Of a DNA stretch of 64,000 nucleotides, positions 37,339-46,429 are shown in pieces. This DNA is from an uncultured Actinomycetes bacterium (GTDB taxonomy: Bacteria; Actinomycetota; Thermoleophilia; RBG-16-64-13), in the NCBI GenBank assembly GCA_963775295.1, contig CAVZIK010000006.1:1887602-1951601 (forward strand), given 5' to 3'. How positions within the stretch are numbered: the first letter of the stretch is position 1; each line of letters opens with the position of its first letter. Under the pieces are notes generated by a model. That model did not search any database and was not told the origin of the DNA. It saw nothing but the letters and a program-made list of their open reading frames with translations. The position numbers and the translations under genes are program-made.

Positions 37339-38346
37339 ATGAAGAACGGCGAAGCTATCAAGATAGGCACCAGAGGTCTTCTGAATCGCACCAAGGGCTG
37401 GCCGCTCTGCGTCTCCTTCGAGGTGACCCACTCGTGTGTCGCCGATTGTGTCCACTGCGACAAGGGCGGAGTCAAACAGGAGACCGTCCTTATGGGCCTC
37501 AACGAGTACCGGCGCTACTCGGAGGATCTCAAACCGAGCGTCTGCCAGATGTCCGGGGGCGAGCCGCTCATGCGTGCCGACCTCGAGGACATCATCCGCG
37601 CGATCAAGCGTCCCAGTGGATTGCCGCTGGTCGTGTGCGTGAGCAATTGGTGGCTAATGACCGAGGAGCGGTACCTGTCTCTCAGCGAAGCCGGCACGTC
37701 TCTCTTTTCGATCTCACTCGATTTTCCCGACGAGCGCCACGACGACTTCCGCCGCGTTCCCGGGCTCTTTGCCAAGATGGACGAGATAATTCCTTATCTG
37801 GTGAAGAAGTACGGCAGGAAGAACATCGTTCTCAACTCGGCGCTAACGCATGCCAACTTCGCGGAGATACCGGGCCTAGTCGCCAAGGCGGAGGAGTGGG
37901 GAACCCGGATCTCCTTCAGCGCTTACAGCGCGTTGCGGACCGGGGATCGAACCCTTTGCATCGAGAAGCCCGAGGACTTGGCTGTGTTGCGCAGCCACAT
38001 GGACTATCTCAAAGAGCACAGGCGCCGATCGAGCAGCGTGATGAACTCCGATCACATCCTTGACATGACTTACCGTTTCTTTGCCCAAGGCGGCATGAAC
38101 CATTGCCAGGCGGGGCGGCGCTTTCTGGTCGTTCGTCCCGACGGGCGCATCAACCCATGTTCAATGTTTCCTGAGGAGCAATACGCGACCCGAGACGAGG
38201 CGGTCGAGGGCTTCAAGAGTACAAGGGAGCATTGCGACCAGTGCTACGTTTCCATCAGGGCGAGCACTGAGCGGTCGCTGGGACGACTGATCAAGGAGAA
38301 CATCGGTCTCGCATTCCGGATGCCGAGCTATTCGGACTCCCGCTAG
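37339..38346 (+). CDS. Radical SAM enzyme with a C-terminal auxiliary Cys cluster (HpnH-like/SPASM-like)
   Basis: CxxxCxxC (HSCVADCVHC), GGEPL, and C-terminal Cys motifs (CQAG…NPC…CDQC). The 335-aa size is compatible with HpnH-type enzymes. The subfamily is uncertain. Confidence 0.7.
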   Translation: MKNGEAIKIGTRGLLNRTKGWPLCVSFEVTHSCVADCVHCDKGGVKQETVLMGLNEYRRYSEDLKPSVCQMSGGEPLMRADLEDIIRAIKRPSGLPLVVCVSNWWLMTEERYLSLSEAGTSLFSISLDFPDERHDDFRRVPGLFAKMDEIIPYLVKKYGRKNIVLNSALTHANFAEIPGLVAKAEEWGTRISFSAYSALRTGDRTLCIEKPEDLAVLRSHMDYLKEHRRRSSSVMNSDHILDMTYRFFAQGGMNHCQAGRRFLVVRPDGRINPCSMFPEEQYATRDEAVEGFKSTREHCDQCYVSIRASTERSLGRLIKENIGLAFRMPSYSDSR

Positions 38347-38399
38347 ACCTCAGAGGCCGCCGGCGCAGGGTTGTGGCTCGAGCGGATCAGTCCGTCGGA

Positions 38400-38846
38400 T
38401 CAGTGCTTGCGATAGACCAGCTTGAGGCCCGACCAGTCGTGATCCAGGGCTGCGATCTTCACGTCCACGAGGCCGCTCATCAGAGCCATTCTACGGATCA
38501 CATTCTCGTTCAGGTCACCAGATAGGTTGCCTGAATGACGGGCCGACGCCTGCTTGATCCAGGAGATCCACAGGCTTCCGCCGGGGGCCAGCCTGTCGCG
38601 GAGTTGCGGGAACACCTTGGTGAGCTCAGCTCGGCTGCGGGCGAAATAGTGGATGTACTCGAGTTGCCCGTCAAGAGCTCCAAGATCTTCAACTTGGGGA
38701 AGAGACGTGATTCCCTCAGGAAGCGGAATCAAGGGATTATCCTCGTCGTCGGGCGGAGAGACGACTGCGCCCACCACGCCGGGACGCAGTCCGAGGCGCT
38801 TGTGGAGCGGGTTTTCAGCTATCGCATCGTTGTCCACTAGAGTCAC
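38400..38846 (-). CDS. DUF3052-family protein
   Basis: The pattern …LGLRPG…LPEG…LWISWIKQAS…NENVIRRMALMSGLVDVKIAALDHDWSGLKLVYRK matches, from memory, the conserved actinobacterial DUF3052 family. Confidence 0.55.
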   Translation of the reverse strand: MTLVDNDAIAENPLHKRLGLRPGVVGAVVSPPDDEDNPLIPLPEGITSLPQVEDLGALDGQLEYIHYFARSRAELTKVFPQLRDRLAPGGSLWISWIKQASARHSGNLSGDLNENVIRRMALMSGLVDVKIAALDHDWSGLKLVYRKH

Positions 38847-39095
38847 CTTCGCTCAAGGATCGATTGAGATGGCCGTCACCCGACCACTGCTTGCCCGGCA
38901 ATCTTAGCATCGGCGGGCCCTCGGGCGGGAACCGAGTGCTCCAAGCCAAGCCGACCGATATGAGCCAAGGCGCTGGGGTGGACCTTTCCTGCCCCGGCCC
39001 GTCGCTTAATGCGGCCTCATGACGCTTACCTCGCCGAAGCTTTACTGGAAGTATGGGTTGCTGTACGCTGGGTATTGTCACGGGAGGGAGGCCTC

Positions 39096-39344
39096 ATGAC
39101 CGAGTATGGCCCGAACACAAGGCCCTTTAACGTAAGATTGCCACTCTGGGCGGTCGACTACATCGACCGTCGTTCGGAGGAACGCGGCGTCACCAAGACT
39201 CAGATTGTCGTCGATGCGCTCTCGAGCCTTCGGGCCCAGGAGCTCCAGAATCTGATGCGGGAGGGATACGAGGAGATGCGCGTACTCGATCGGCAGATGG
39301 CGCAAGAAGCGCTGCCGGCCTCAGTTGGGAGCCTCACCGAATGA
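39096..39344 (+). CDS. Ribbon-helix-helix antitoxin (MazE/CopG-like)
   Basis: An 82-aa protein (…FNVRLPLWAVDYIDRRSEERGVTKTQIVVDAL…). GGGAGG RBS. Its stop overlaps the start of the MazF-like gene. Confidence 0.65.
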   Translation: MTEYGPNTRPFNVRLPLWAVDYIDRRSEERGVTKTQIVVDALSSLRAQELQNLMREGYEEMRVLDRQMAQEALPASVGSLTE

Positions 39345-39721
39345 GCGGCGGGGCGGGAGTGCGCCGCGGATTCATCTATCTGGTTGATCTCGAACCCGTG
39401 GCTGGCTCGGGCGAAAGCAAGCCACGCCCGGCTCTGGTGGTTCAGAACGATCTTGGGAACCTCTCCGGAGCAACGACGATAGTGGTCGCTCTGAGTTCCC
39501 ACATTCCCTCTCGGCTGTATCCCTTCCATGTGGCCTTGCCGGCGGAGGTTCTGGGCCGCGCCGGCGTCGTAATGTGCGAGCAGATACGCACCGTCGAGAT
39601 GGAGAGGTTGGACCGACAACCGCTGGCCCAATGCCCGTCCGATGTCATGAAACAGGTGGAGCAGGCCCTCCGTCATTCCCTGGGTCTGTCCGTGGAGACC
39701 GCCTCGATCGCCTCACTGTGA
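39341..39721 (+). CDS. MazF/PemK-family endoribonuclease toxin
   Basis: RGFIYLVDLEP…KPRPALVVQND…TIVVALSSH motifs typical of PemK/MazF. Confidence 0.8.
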   Translation: MSGGAGVRRGFIYLVDLEPVAGSGESKPRPALVVQNDLGNLSGATTIVVALSSHIPSRLYPFHVALPAEVLGRAGVVMCEQIRTVEMERLDRQPLAQCPSDVMKQVEQALRHSLGLSVETASIASL

Positions 39722-39764
39722 TCCAGTAGATGGCCTACCGCCGGCGACCGATCTTGGCGCCTCT

Positions 39765-40688
39765 CTAGGACTCCGGGGACTTCTTCGCGGGCACCTCCAC
39801 CTCCACGAACACCCGGTTCACCTGCGGGAACGGCTTGCTTATGTGTTCTTCGATGCGGTGGATCGCGCCATGGATATCCTCGGCTGGAAGTCCCGGCGTG
39901 AACTGGATCTCGATGTTGAGCAGGACCTCGTCGGGGCCCATGTGCATCGTGAGAACTTCGCCGAGTCCGACGACGACCGGATCGGCGAGCGCGATGTCGC
40001 GTACCGCCTGCACGAGCGCCGGATCGGCGGCTTCTCCTACGAGCAGGCTCTTGCTTTCGTAGGCCAACCAGCCGGCCGCGCAAACGAGTATGAGCCCGAT
40101 GACTACGGAAGCCGCTCCGTCGAGAACCGGTTGCCGCAGCTGGTGGCTGAGGAACACGCCGAGAAAAGCCACCAGAAGCCCAAGCAAGGCCGCCGTGTCC
40201 TCAAAGAGTACGGTGAACAAGCTCGGGTCCTTGCCGCGGTGGATAGCAGTGAGGGTGCTTCGCGAACCCCGCTGCTTGCGGAAGGTTCTCCAGGCGACGC
40301 TGAACGACATCGATTCGAAGACGGCCGCCAGACCCAGCACGATGTAGGCTATGCTAGCGCTCTCCAGAGGGGATGGATGTCGGATGTGTGTGATTCCTTC
40401 GTACATGGACATGCCTCCGCCGACTCCGAAAATGCTCACTGCGACGATGAGGCTCCAGAAGTAGACCTCCATGCCGTGACCGAAGGGGTGGGCGGCGTCG
40501 GGTGCGCGTGCTCCGCGCCGGAGGCCATGGAACAAGAGCCCGCCGTTGCCTGTGTCGACAACGGAGTGGATACCTTCGGAGATCATGGCGGAGCTGCCCG
40601 TCATCACTCCTGCCACGAACTTTATGACCGCGACAATGGCGTTCCCAATGATCGCGGCGACGACGGCTTGTTTTGATTCGGCGGCCAT
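39765..40688 (-). CDS. Cation diffusion facilitator (CDF) family metal efflux transporter
   Basis: Six TM segments with the HSVVDTG motif and His/Asp metal sites, followed by a C-terminal cytoplasmic domain. Confidence 0.85.
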   Translation of the reverse strand: MAAESKQAVVAAIIGNAIVAVIKFVAGVMTGSSAMISEGIHSVVDTGNGGLLFHGLRRGARAPDAAHPFGHGMEVYFWSLIVAVSIFGVGGGMSMYEGITHIRHPSPLESASIAYIVLGLAAVFESMSFSVAWRTFRKQRGSRSTLTAIHRGKDPSLFTVLFEDTAALLGLLVAFLGVFLSHQLRQPVLDGAASVVIGLILVCAAGWLAYESKSLLVGEAADPALVQAVRDIALADPVVVGLGEVLTMHMGPDEVLLNIEIQFTPGLPAEDIHGAIHRIEEHISKPFPQVNRVFVEVEVPAKKSPES

Positions 40689-40783
40689 TCTTCTACGTTA
40701 GCAAAAACCCCGATGAGCATAGGACCCACCGGGGTTTCCGACCTTGGCTGCTCGCGACGGTGTGAATCAGCGAGGTGCTCGGT

Positions 40784-41326
40784 CTAGGCGAAGTAACGCC
40801 CCAGAAGGCCTTTGAAAGCCTTTCCGTGTCGCGCTTCATCGCGGGCCATCTCGTGGACGGCATCGTGGATTGCGTCATATCCGAGTTCTTTTGCGAGCTT
40901 GGCCAGTTCGAACTTGCCCTCGGTGGCGCCGTATTCAGCCTCGACCCGCGCCTGCAAGTTGACCTTGCTCTCGGGAGAAACAAGCTCGCCCAGCATTTCG
41001 CAGAAGCGGGAAGCATGGTCGGCTTCCTCGTAGGCGATGCGCTTGTAGGCTTCCGCAACCTCAGGATAACCCTCGCGGTCGGCGGCCCTGGACATAGCCA
41101 GATACATGCCCACTTCGCTGCACTCTCCATTGAAATTGTTGACGAGACCCTCGATGACTCGTGGATCTATACCCTTTGCTATGCCGATGACGTGCTCGGC
41201 CGCCCAAGTCATTTCGGCTTCAGCTCCGACGACGAATTTGTCTCCGGGAGCCTTGCACCCTGGGCAGCTGTCCGGCGGAGCGTCGCCTTCGTAGACGTAA
41301 CCACACACGCTGCACCTGTATTTCAT
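40784..41326 (-). CDS. Reverse rubrerythrin (N-terminal rubredoxin-like domain followed by a diiron ferritin-like domain)
   Basis: [10 protein letters not shown]…CPGCKA at the N-terminus, then ExxH diiron motifs. An AGGAGG RBS precedes the ATG at 41326. The ORF track starts 16 codons upstream. Confidence 0.85.
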   Translation of the reverse strand: MKYRCSVCGYVYEGDAPPDSCPGCKAPGDKFVVGAEAEMTWAAEHVIGIAKGIDPRVIEGLVNNFNGECSEVGMYLAMSRAADREGYPEVAEAYKRIAYEEADHASRFCEMLGELVSPESKVNLQARVEAEYGATEGKFELAKLAKELGYDAIHDAVHEMARDEARHGKAFKGLLGRYFA

Positions 41327-41530
41327 TCTGATTCCTCCTAACCACGGATAACGAGCGCGATCGACAGACAAGCACCGGACACGGCCCAGCGCCCCTTTGA
41401 CCTTTCCGCAATAATTCCACGTTCGGACACGATCAAAACATCAAGCTGGCAAATTTTATGAGCCGGGTCGAGTCATGGCAAGATCGTATAGAATTCTCTC
41501 TGAGAAGGGGTGACTGACTGGGAGGATCAC

Positions 41531-42019
41531 TTGTCGCACGTGGAGTTGAACACTCCCGCGCCCGATTTCGAACTGCCCGACTTCGAGGGGAAGGTCTTCC
41601 GTCTTTCCCAATTGCGCGGCACCAGGAACGTACTCTTGGTCTTCAACCGCGGGTTCACGTGACCCTACTGCCGCGCGCACATGGCGCAGTTGCGCCAAGA
41701 CTTTCCGGAGTTTGATAAGCGGGATACCGCGGTTGTGGTTGTAGGGCCTGAGGACGCAACCGCGTTCGCCAGGTATTGGCGCGCAAACCTGCTGCCTTTC
41801 GTTGGGTTGCCGGATCACGAGCACACGGTGCTCAAGCAGTATGGGCAGGAGATAAAGCTGTTCAAGTTCGGGCGGATGCCCGCTCAGGTCTTGGTGGACA
41901 AGGCGGGCCGCGCTCGATTCGTCCACTACGGACACGATATGACCGATATCCCTTCCACGGCAGAGATGCTCAAATTGATCGACGGCTTGGAGCGCTCCAG
42001 AGCCCAGACGCCCGGGTAG
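41531..42019 (+). CDS. Thioredoxin-fold redoxin (TlpA/AhpC-TSA/Prx-like). It has an in-frame TGA at 41660-41662 exactly at the first position of the CxxC active site (…FNRGFT-U-PYCRAH…). This is a candidate selenoprotein, otherwise a pseudogene.
   Basis: A frame that is open, with the single TGA at codon 44, runs from TTG 41531 (GGGAGG RBS 5 nt upstream) to 42019. Its N-terminus is APDFELPDFEGKVFRLSQL…VLLVFNRGFT*PYCRAHM…. Only the C-terminal 112 aa appear in the ORF track. A stem-loop lies 20 nt after the TGA. Confidence 0.5.
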
Positions 42020-42035
42020 GGAACTGTAAAAGCCC

Positions 42036-42797
42036 CTACTCGACGAACCCCTCAATGACGTAGGTCCAGCCGGCCTTCTTGTCCCGGTGCAGTTTGATGT
42101 AACCCTGCTTCTCGGCGTCGACCAGCAGGTTGCTGAAGCTGCGGTATCCGTAAGCGGACTCGTTGAACGACGGCTTCTTCCGCTGCATCGTGTCCTTGAC
42201 CATGGAGGCGAAGATGGGGTCCTTGTTCTCCCGGATGAGGGCCGCGATGGACTCCAATAGCAGATCGAAGATCTCCTTCTTTTCCGGCGGGATGTCTGTG
42301 GCTTCCGGACCCGCGGGAGCCGGTGTGGGCTGTTTCTCCAAGTCCTCGTAGAAGATGAACTCGTCGCAGTTGCCGGCCAGCAGATCGGAGGTGGACTCCT
42401 TCATCCCGATCCCGATTACGTGCTTGCCGTTTTCCTTGAGCTTGGACACCAGGGGAGAGAAGTCCGAGTCGCCGGACACGATCACGAACGTATCGATGTG
42501 CTCTTTAGACCAGGCCAAGTCCATTGCGTCCACCGCCAAGCGTATGTCGGCCGAGTTCTTGCCTGTCATGGAACGTCGCGGAATCTCTATAAGTTCGATT
42601 GCATTCTCATGCAGGGGGCGGGTGTACTGCTTGTATTCCCCCCAATCGGCGTAGGCCTTCTTGACGATGACCTTGCCCTTCTCTACCAGGCGTTCAAGGA
42701 TCTTGTGGATGTCGAATTCGCCGCGGCGATGCTTGAAACCGATAGCCAGGTTTTCGAAGTCGATGAAGACTGCAAGGGTGCGTTCGGTCTCGGCCAT
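42036..42797 (-). CDS. NYN-domain (LabA-like) protein with a C-terminal OST-HTH/LOTUS domain
   Basis: LAVFIDFENL…ADIRLAVDAMDL…TFVIVSGDSDFSPLV is the NYN signature. AAGGAG RBS before the second ATG. GC is lower than in the neighbouring genes. Confidence 0.8.
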   Translation of the reverse strand: MAETERTLAVFIDFENLAIGFKHRRGEFDIHKILERLVEKGKVIVKKAYADWGEYKQYTRPLHENAIELIEIPRRSMTGKNSADIRLAVDAMDLAWSKEHIDTFVIVSGDSDFSPLVSKLKENGKHVIGIGMKESTSDLLAGNCDEFIFYEDLEKQPTPAPAGPEATDIPPEKKEIFDLLLESIAALIRENKDPIFASMVKDTMQRKKPSFNESAYGYRSFSNLLVDAEKQGYIKLHRDKKAGWTYVIEGFVE

Positions 42798-43142
42798 GTG
42801 TTTCTGATGCTCCTTCCCGAGCAATGCGGCGGACGTGCGCTTCTGTGGATGAATTCTTGCACGATTTCCGTATTCCTGGTACCCGCGGGCGTCGACCCGC
42901 AGTTCCCTCGATCTCGAACAGTCTATGTTTACCCCCTCCAGACGTCTGGGTAACAGGGGGCAGAACGCCGCGTCTGGGGCCGTCGCGTTCTGGTCATCAG
43001 AGCTTTGCGTGAGCGATGATCCCGGTGACGGTTATCAAACCAAAGCCGGGTAGGACTCGCAAATCGGGAGGGGCCATCAAAGGTCGCCACTCCCGAACGT
43101 GTCGGGGTGTGCTTGGTCGCCAATGGGACAAGGGGTGGTCGC

Positions 43143-44705
43143 ATGGCTCAGTCTGAGAAAGACCCGACCGCTGGTGGTGTCCTCCAGGACGAACGCGGTC
43201 GACGGGGGTTCCTTCAGCGGCATTTCGGATCTGAGTATGAGCGGGTAACCGGCTTCGGGGAGATCGTGTACGAGCACGATGACCGTGCTGCCAGAGTCTG
43301 GCTGGCGAGTAGCGTCTTTTGGTTCGTTGTGGTCACCACTTTCGGCATCATCATCGCAATGGAGCTCGCCTTTCCTGAGACGTTCGCCGGGGTCTCCTGG
43401 TTGGTATTCAGCCGCGCCCGTCCAGTCCACGTAGAAGGCGTGGTGTACGCCTGGCTCACCATGATGTATTGGGGAGCTATCACGTACTTCACCCCACGGC
43501 TCTTGGGCACGCGCAGTCTCTGGAGCGAGAAGCTCGGCGTCTATCTGGCGTACCTGTATAATGTCGTCATCGCCGCCGGTTTCTTCGGGATTCTCACCGG
43601 AGCCTCGCAGGGCCGCGAGTGGGCTGAATTTCCATGGCCTGTCGACGTCGCCATCATCTGTATCTTTATCGCCCTCACTTTCAACACCCTCATGACGGTA
43701 AGCATCCGCCGAGTGAGGCCGCTTTATGTGAGTATGTGGTGGGCGATAGCCGCCCCTATCTGGGTCACCGCTTCAATATTCATTGAGAATGTCGTGTGGC
43801 GCCCGGGCGCAATTTGGAGCAACCCCTCGGGCGCCCTTGAGAATGGAATCCACGACGCAATGATCAACTGGTGGGGCAACCACAACCTGTTCGGATTGTG
43901 GCTCACGCCTGTGCTGGTAGCGGTTGTCTATTACTTCATTCCTCGGATCACAAACACGCCCCTGTACAGCCATACACTGTCCTTGGTTTCGTTCTGGGGG
44001 CTGATCTTCGTCTACGCCGCGGTAGGTGACCACCATATATTGCAGAGCCCCACGCCGGGGTGGTTGAAGACCATTTCTTCGGTCAACAGTGTGGCGATCC
44101 TCATCCCAGTGTTCGCCTTCTTCACCAACGTCTTTCTCACCATGCGAGGGCAGTGGAACCGCTTCTTTACGAACTTACCCCTGAGATTCGTGTTGACCGG
44201 CTTCATCTTCTACATCTTGGTCAACCTACAGGGGTCTTTGCAGGCCGTGCAACCCTTCAACATCTACATACACTTCACGTATTTCATCATCGGACACTCC
44301 CATCTGGCTCTGCTTGGAGGGTTCACGATCCTGGGGATGGGGGTCCTCTACTACGTCATCCCACATATATTCAACAAGCCTGTCTATTCCACGGCGCTTG
44401 CGGAGTGGCAGTTCTGGCTGGTGACGTTCGGTTTTCTGCTCTTCTTCGCAGCCGTCACCATCGCCGGTTTCATTCAGGGACAGAGTTGGTTGGCGGGCGA
44501 GCCCGAGGTCAACGTGCTGCCGGCCTTGAGGTTGTGGAACATCGTCCGGGCCCTCGCCGGAGGGATGATCTACCTCTCAGCTTGGGTTCAGATCTACAAC
44601 CTTGTCCGAACCTACGCGAGCGATACCAGCGCCAAGCGCCGCCGTCACGCCGTCGAGGACAACGAGTCCTCTCTGCTGGACACCCAACCCGACATCGTCG
44701 CCTGA
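43143..44705 (+). CDS. ccoN: C-family heme-copper oxidase catalytic subunit (cbb3-type CcoN, or NorB-like)
   Basis: 12+ TM helices. His ligands in WGNHNLFGLW, …GDHHILQ… (CuB HH) and …FIIGHSHLALLGG…. It is followed by a c-type cytochrome gene. Confidence 0.8.
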   Translation: MAQSEKDPTAGGVLQDERGRRGFLQRHFGSEYERVTGFGEIVYEHDDRAARVWLASSVFWFVVVTTFGIIIAMELAFPETFAGVSWLVFSRARPVHVEGVVYAWLTMMYWGAITYFTPRLLGTRSLWSEKLGVYLAYLYNVVIAAGFFGILTGASQGREWAEFPWPVDVAIICIFIALTFNTLMTVSIRRVRPLYVSMWWAIAAPIWVTASIFIENVVWRPGAIWSNPSGALENGIHDAMINWWGNHNLFGLWLTPVLVAVVYYFIPRITNTPLYSHTLSLVSFWGLIFVYAAVGDHHILQSPTPGWLKTISSVNSVAILIPVFAFFTNVFLTMRGQWNRFFTNLPLRFVLTGFIFYILVNLQGSLQAVQPFNIYIHFTYFIIGHSHLALLGGFTILGMGVLYYVIPHIFNKPVYSTALAEWQFWLVTFGFLLFFAAVTIAGFIQGQSWLAGEPEVNVLPALRLWNIVRALAGGMIYLSAWVQIYNLVRTYASDTSAKRRRHAVEDNESSLLDTQPDIVA

Positions 44706-44720
44706 AGGAGGGAGTGAGAC

Positions 44721-46169
44721 ATGGCCGACATGGGCAAGTGGCTGCCGACCTATCAGAGCTTCCCACAGGGTTGGGCTCCCCATCCGCGGAAGCGAATGCT
44801 GATGACACCACTCCTGGTCTTCCTGGGAGGCATCTTCGCTTTCGCGATACCCACACTGGTCGCGGCATTTTTTCAGCTGATGTTCTTCAACGCGCCGGTA
44901 TCCAACAACTGGTCTCCGCTTACGGCCTCGGCGATCGAGGGCAGGAAGGTGTTTGTCGCCAACGGTTGCATCTATTGTCACAGCGGGTACACGAGGCCGC
45001 AGGACGTCCGCACCGGCCTCATGTACCTTTACCCACGCATCTCGCTGCCCGGCGACTTCGTCAGTAGCGACTCCAGCCCAAATGTGTTCGGTTCTGCGCG
45101 CATCGGCCCGGACCTGAGCCAAGAAAGCGGGTTCCATCCTGACGACTGGGAGAGAGCACACTTCAGCGATCCACGGTACGTCGAACCCCTATCGATCATG
45201 CCCCGTTTCATCTTCCTCAGTGACAAGCAGGTGGACGATCTCTCCACCTATCTTCAGCTACGGGCCGGCAAGGACGGACTGGTGCGGTATGCGGGACAAC
45301 TCTATGCCAAGCAGATGCAGAAGGTGGCATTGGGCATCGAGGATCCGCCCACAGGGTTCCAAGGCGCGAAGCTGACGCTCACCGACGTGATGAACTTGGC
45401 CGCGAATGGTTCGAACCCACCGCAGGGGACGGTGGATGGCCTGGATTGGCCCGACCCCATCAACCTCAATATCGTGGACCGGTCGTACTGGCTGGCCGAC
45501 AACCCGCTTCCTGTGACCAAAGACAACCTGCTTCGGGGTCGTCTCATCTTTAGGGAACGTTGCATAGGGTGCCATGGGGACAAAGGTGACGCCGTCAGCG
45601 AGGCGGCCAAGTATCTTCGACCGATGCCCATCGACTTCACCGGACCCGATGACGCGTCGGGAGGCAACGATACGGCGCCGGGAGTCCTGTACTACCGCGT
45701 GCTTCGCGGTATAGAGGGGACCGCCATGGAGAACTTCGGATCTCGGTTGCGGGTCGATGACATATGGCGGGTGGTCCTGTTCCTCAAGACGATACCCAGC
45801 GGCGGCCTCGACCCCTCCAAGGTGCCGACGACAGACATGTATATCCAGTGGAAACCGCCGGATGCCCTTTTGCAGTACGTAGCGGCGCATCCGATAGATC
45901 AGAATAAGAGGTATGTCGAAACGGCCTCGACCACCGATCCATGGATGCTGGAAGCCCAGAGGTTCTTGGCCGGTCTCAATGATTCCGACACCATGGACCT
46001 CCCGGGGTTCGGTACCGTGTCACTCGCCACAGCTCGAGACGGAATCAAGTCCATCTACGACCAGTTACTCGATCAGGGTTGGAACGACTACTTCGCTCGC
46101 GGCGGATCGCCCAGCGTTCCCGCGACTCAGAAGGACATCGCGCCCACTCTGGATGCCGAGCTACGCTAG
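44721..46169 (+). CDS. Fused CcoO-like monoheme subunit plus a second monoheme cytochrome c domain (CcoP-like), membrane-anchored
   Basis: N-terminal TM. CIYCHSGY plus GPDL…W.RAHF.DPR…SIMP (CcoO/FixO signature). A second CxxCH (CIGCHGDKGD) lies in the C-terminal half. Confidence 0.8.
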   Translation: MADMGKWLPTYQSFPQGWAPHPRKRMLMTPLLVFLGGIFAFAIPTLVAAFFQLMFFNAPVSNNWSPLTASAIEGRKVFVANGCIYCHSGYTRPQDVRTGLMYLYPRISLPGDFVSSDSSPNVFGSARIGPDLSQESGFHPDDWERAHFSDPRYVEPLSIMPRFIFLSDKQVDDLSTYLQLRAGKDGLVRYAGQLYAKQMQKVALGIEDPPTGFQGAKLTLTDVMNLAANGSNPPQGTVDGLDWPDPINLNIVDRSYWLADNPLPVTKDNLLRGRLIFRERCIGCHGDKGDAVSEAAKYLRPMPIDFTGPDDASGGNDTAPGVLYYRVLRGIEGTAMENFGSRLRVDDIWRVVLFLKTIPSGGLDPSKVPTTDMYIQWKPPDALLQYVAAHPIDQNKRYVETASTTDPWMLEAQRFLAGLNDSDTMDLPGFGTVSLATARDGIKSIYDQLLDQGWNDYFARGGSPSVPATQKDIAPTLDAELR

Positions 46170-46186
46170 AAAGGAGATAGGGGACA

Positions 46187-46428
46187 TGACCATCGGTCCA
46201 CTTGAAGCGCAACTCCTAGCGTCGTCGGTTCTCGCCGTTCCGGCCATAGCAATACTGCTTTTCGCGGTACTTCGCGGTCACCTCCGGCATCAGGAGGCGG
46301 CTAAATACGCGGTCTTCACCGCGAGGGACGAGCAGGAGGATTTCTGGGACGACGACTGGGATCAGCGCCACGGGCGCGAACTCGCTCCCCCCAAAGGCCG
46401 GCCCAAGCCAATGAAAGGGGGCGATTGA
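46187..46428 (+). CDS. Small single-TM protein (80 aa) downstream of the cbb3 genes
   Basis: GGAGATAGGGG RBS. One hydrophobic helix. Confidence 0.4.
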
Positions 46429-46429
46429 C

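Noticed and set aside
41660-41662. Alternative reading of the TGA as a plain stop or sequencing error
   Set aside because: Not rejected, kept as the main alternative. The TGA lies exactly at the catalytic CxxC position and a SECIS-like hairpin follows, which favours Sec. An ordinary nonsense mutation or a miscalled base giving TGA instead of TGC/TGT cannot be excluded from this window alone.
41456-42055. 199-aa minus-strand ORF overlapping the redoxin locus
   Set aside because: No recognisable domains or RBS. It is fully antisense to a plus-strand frame with a strong TlpA/Prx-like signature and a proper RBS. It is a typical high-GC shadow ORF.
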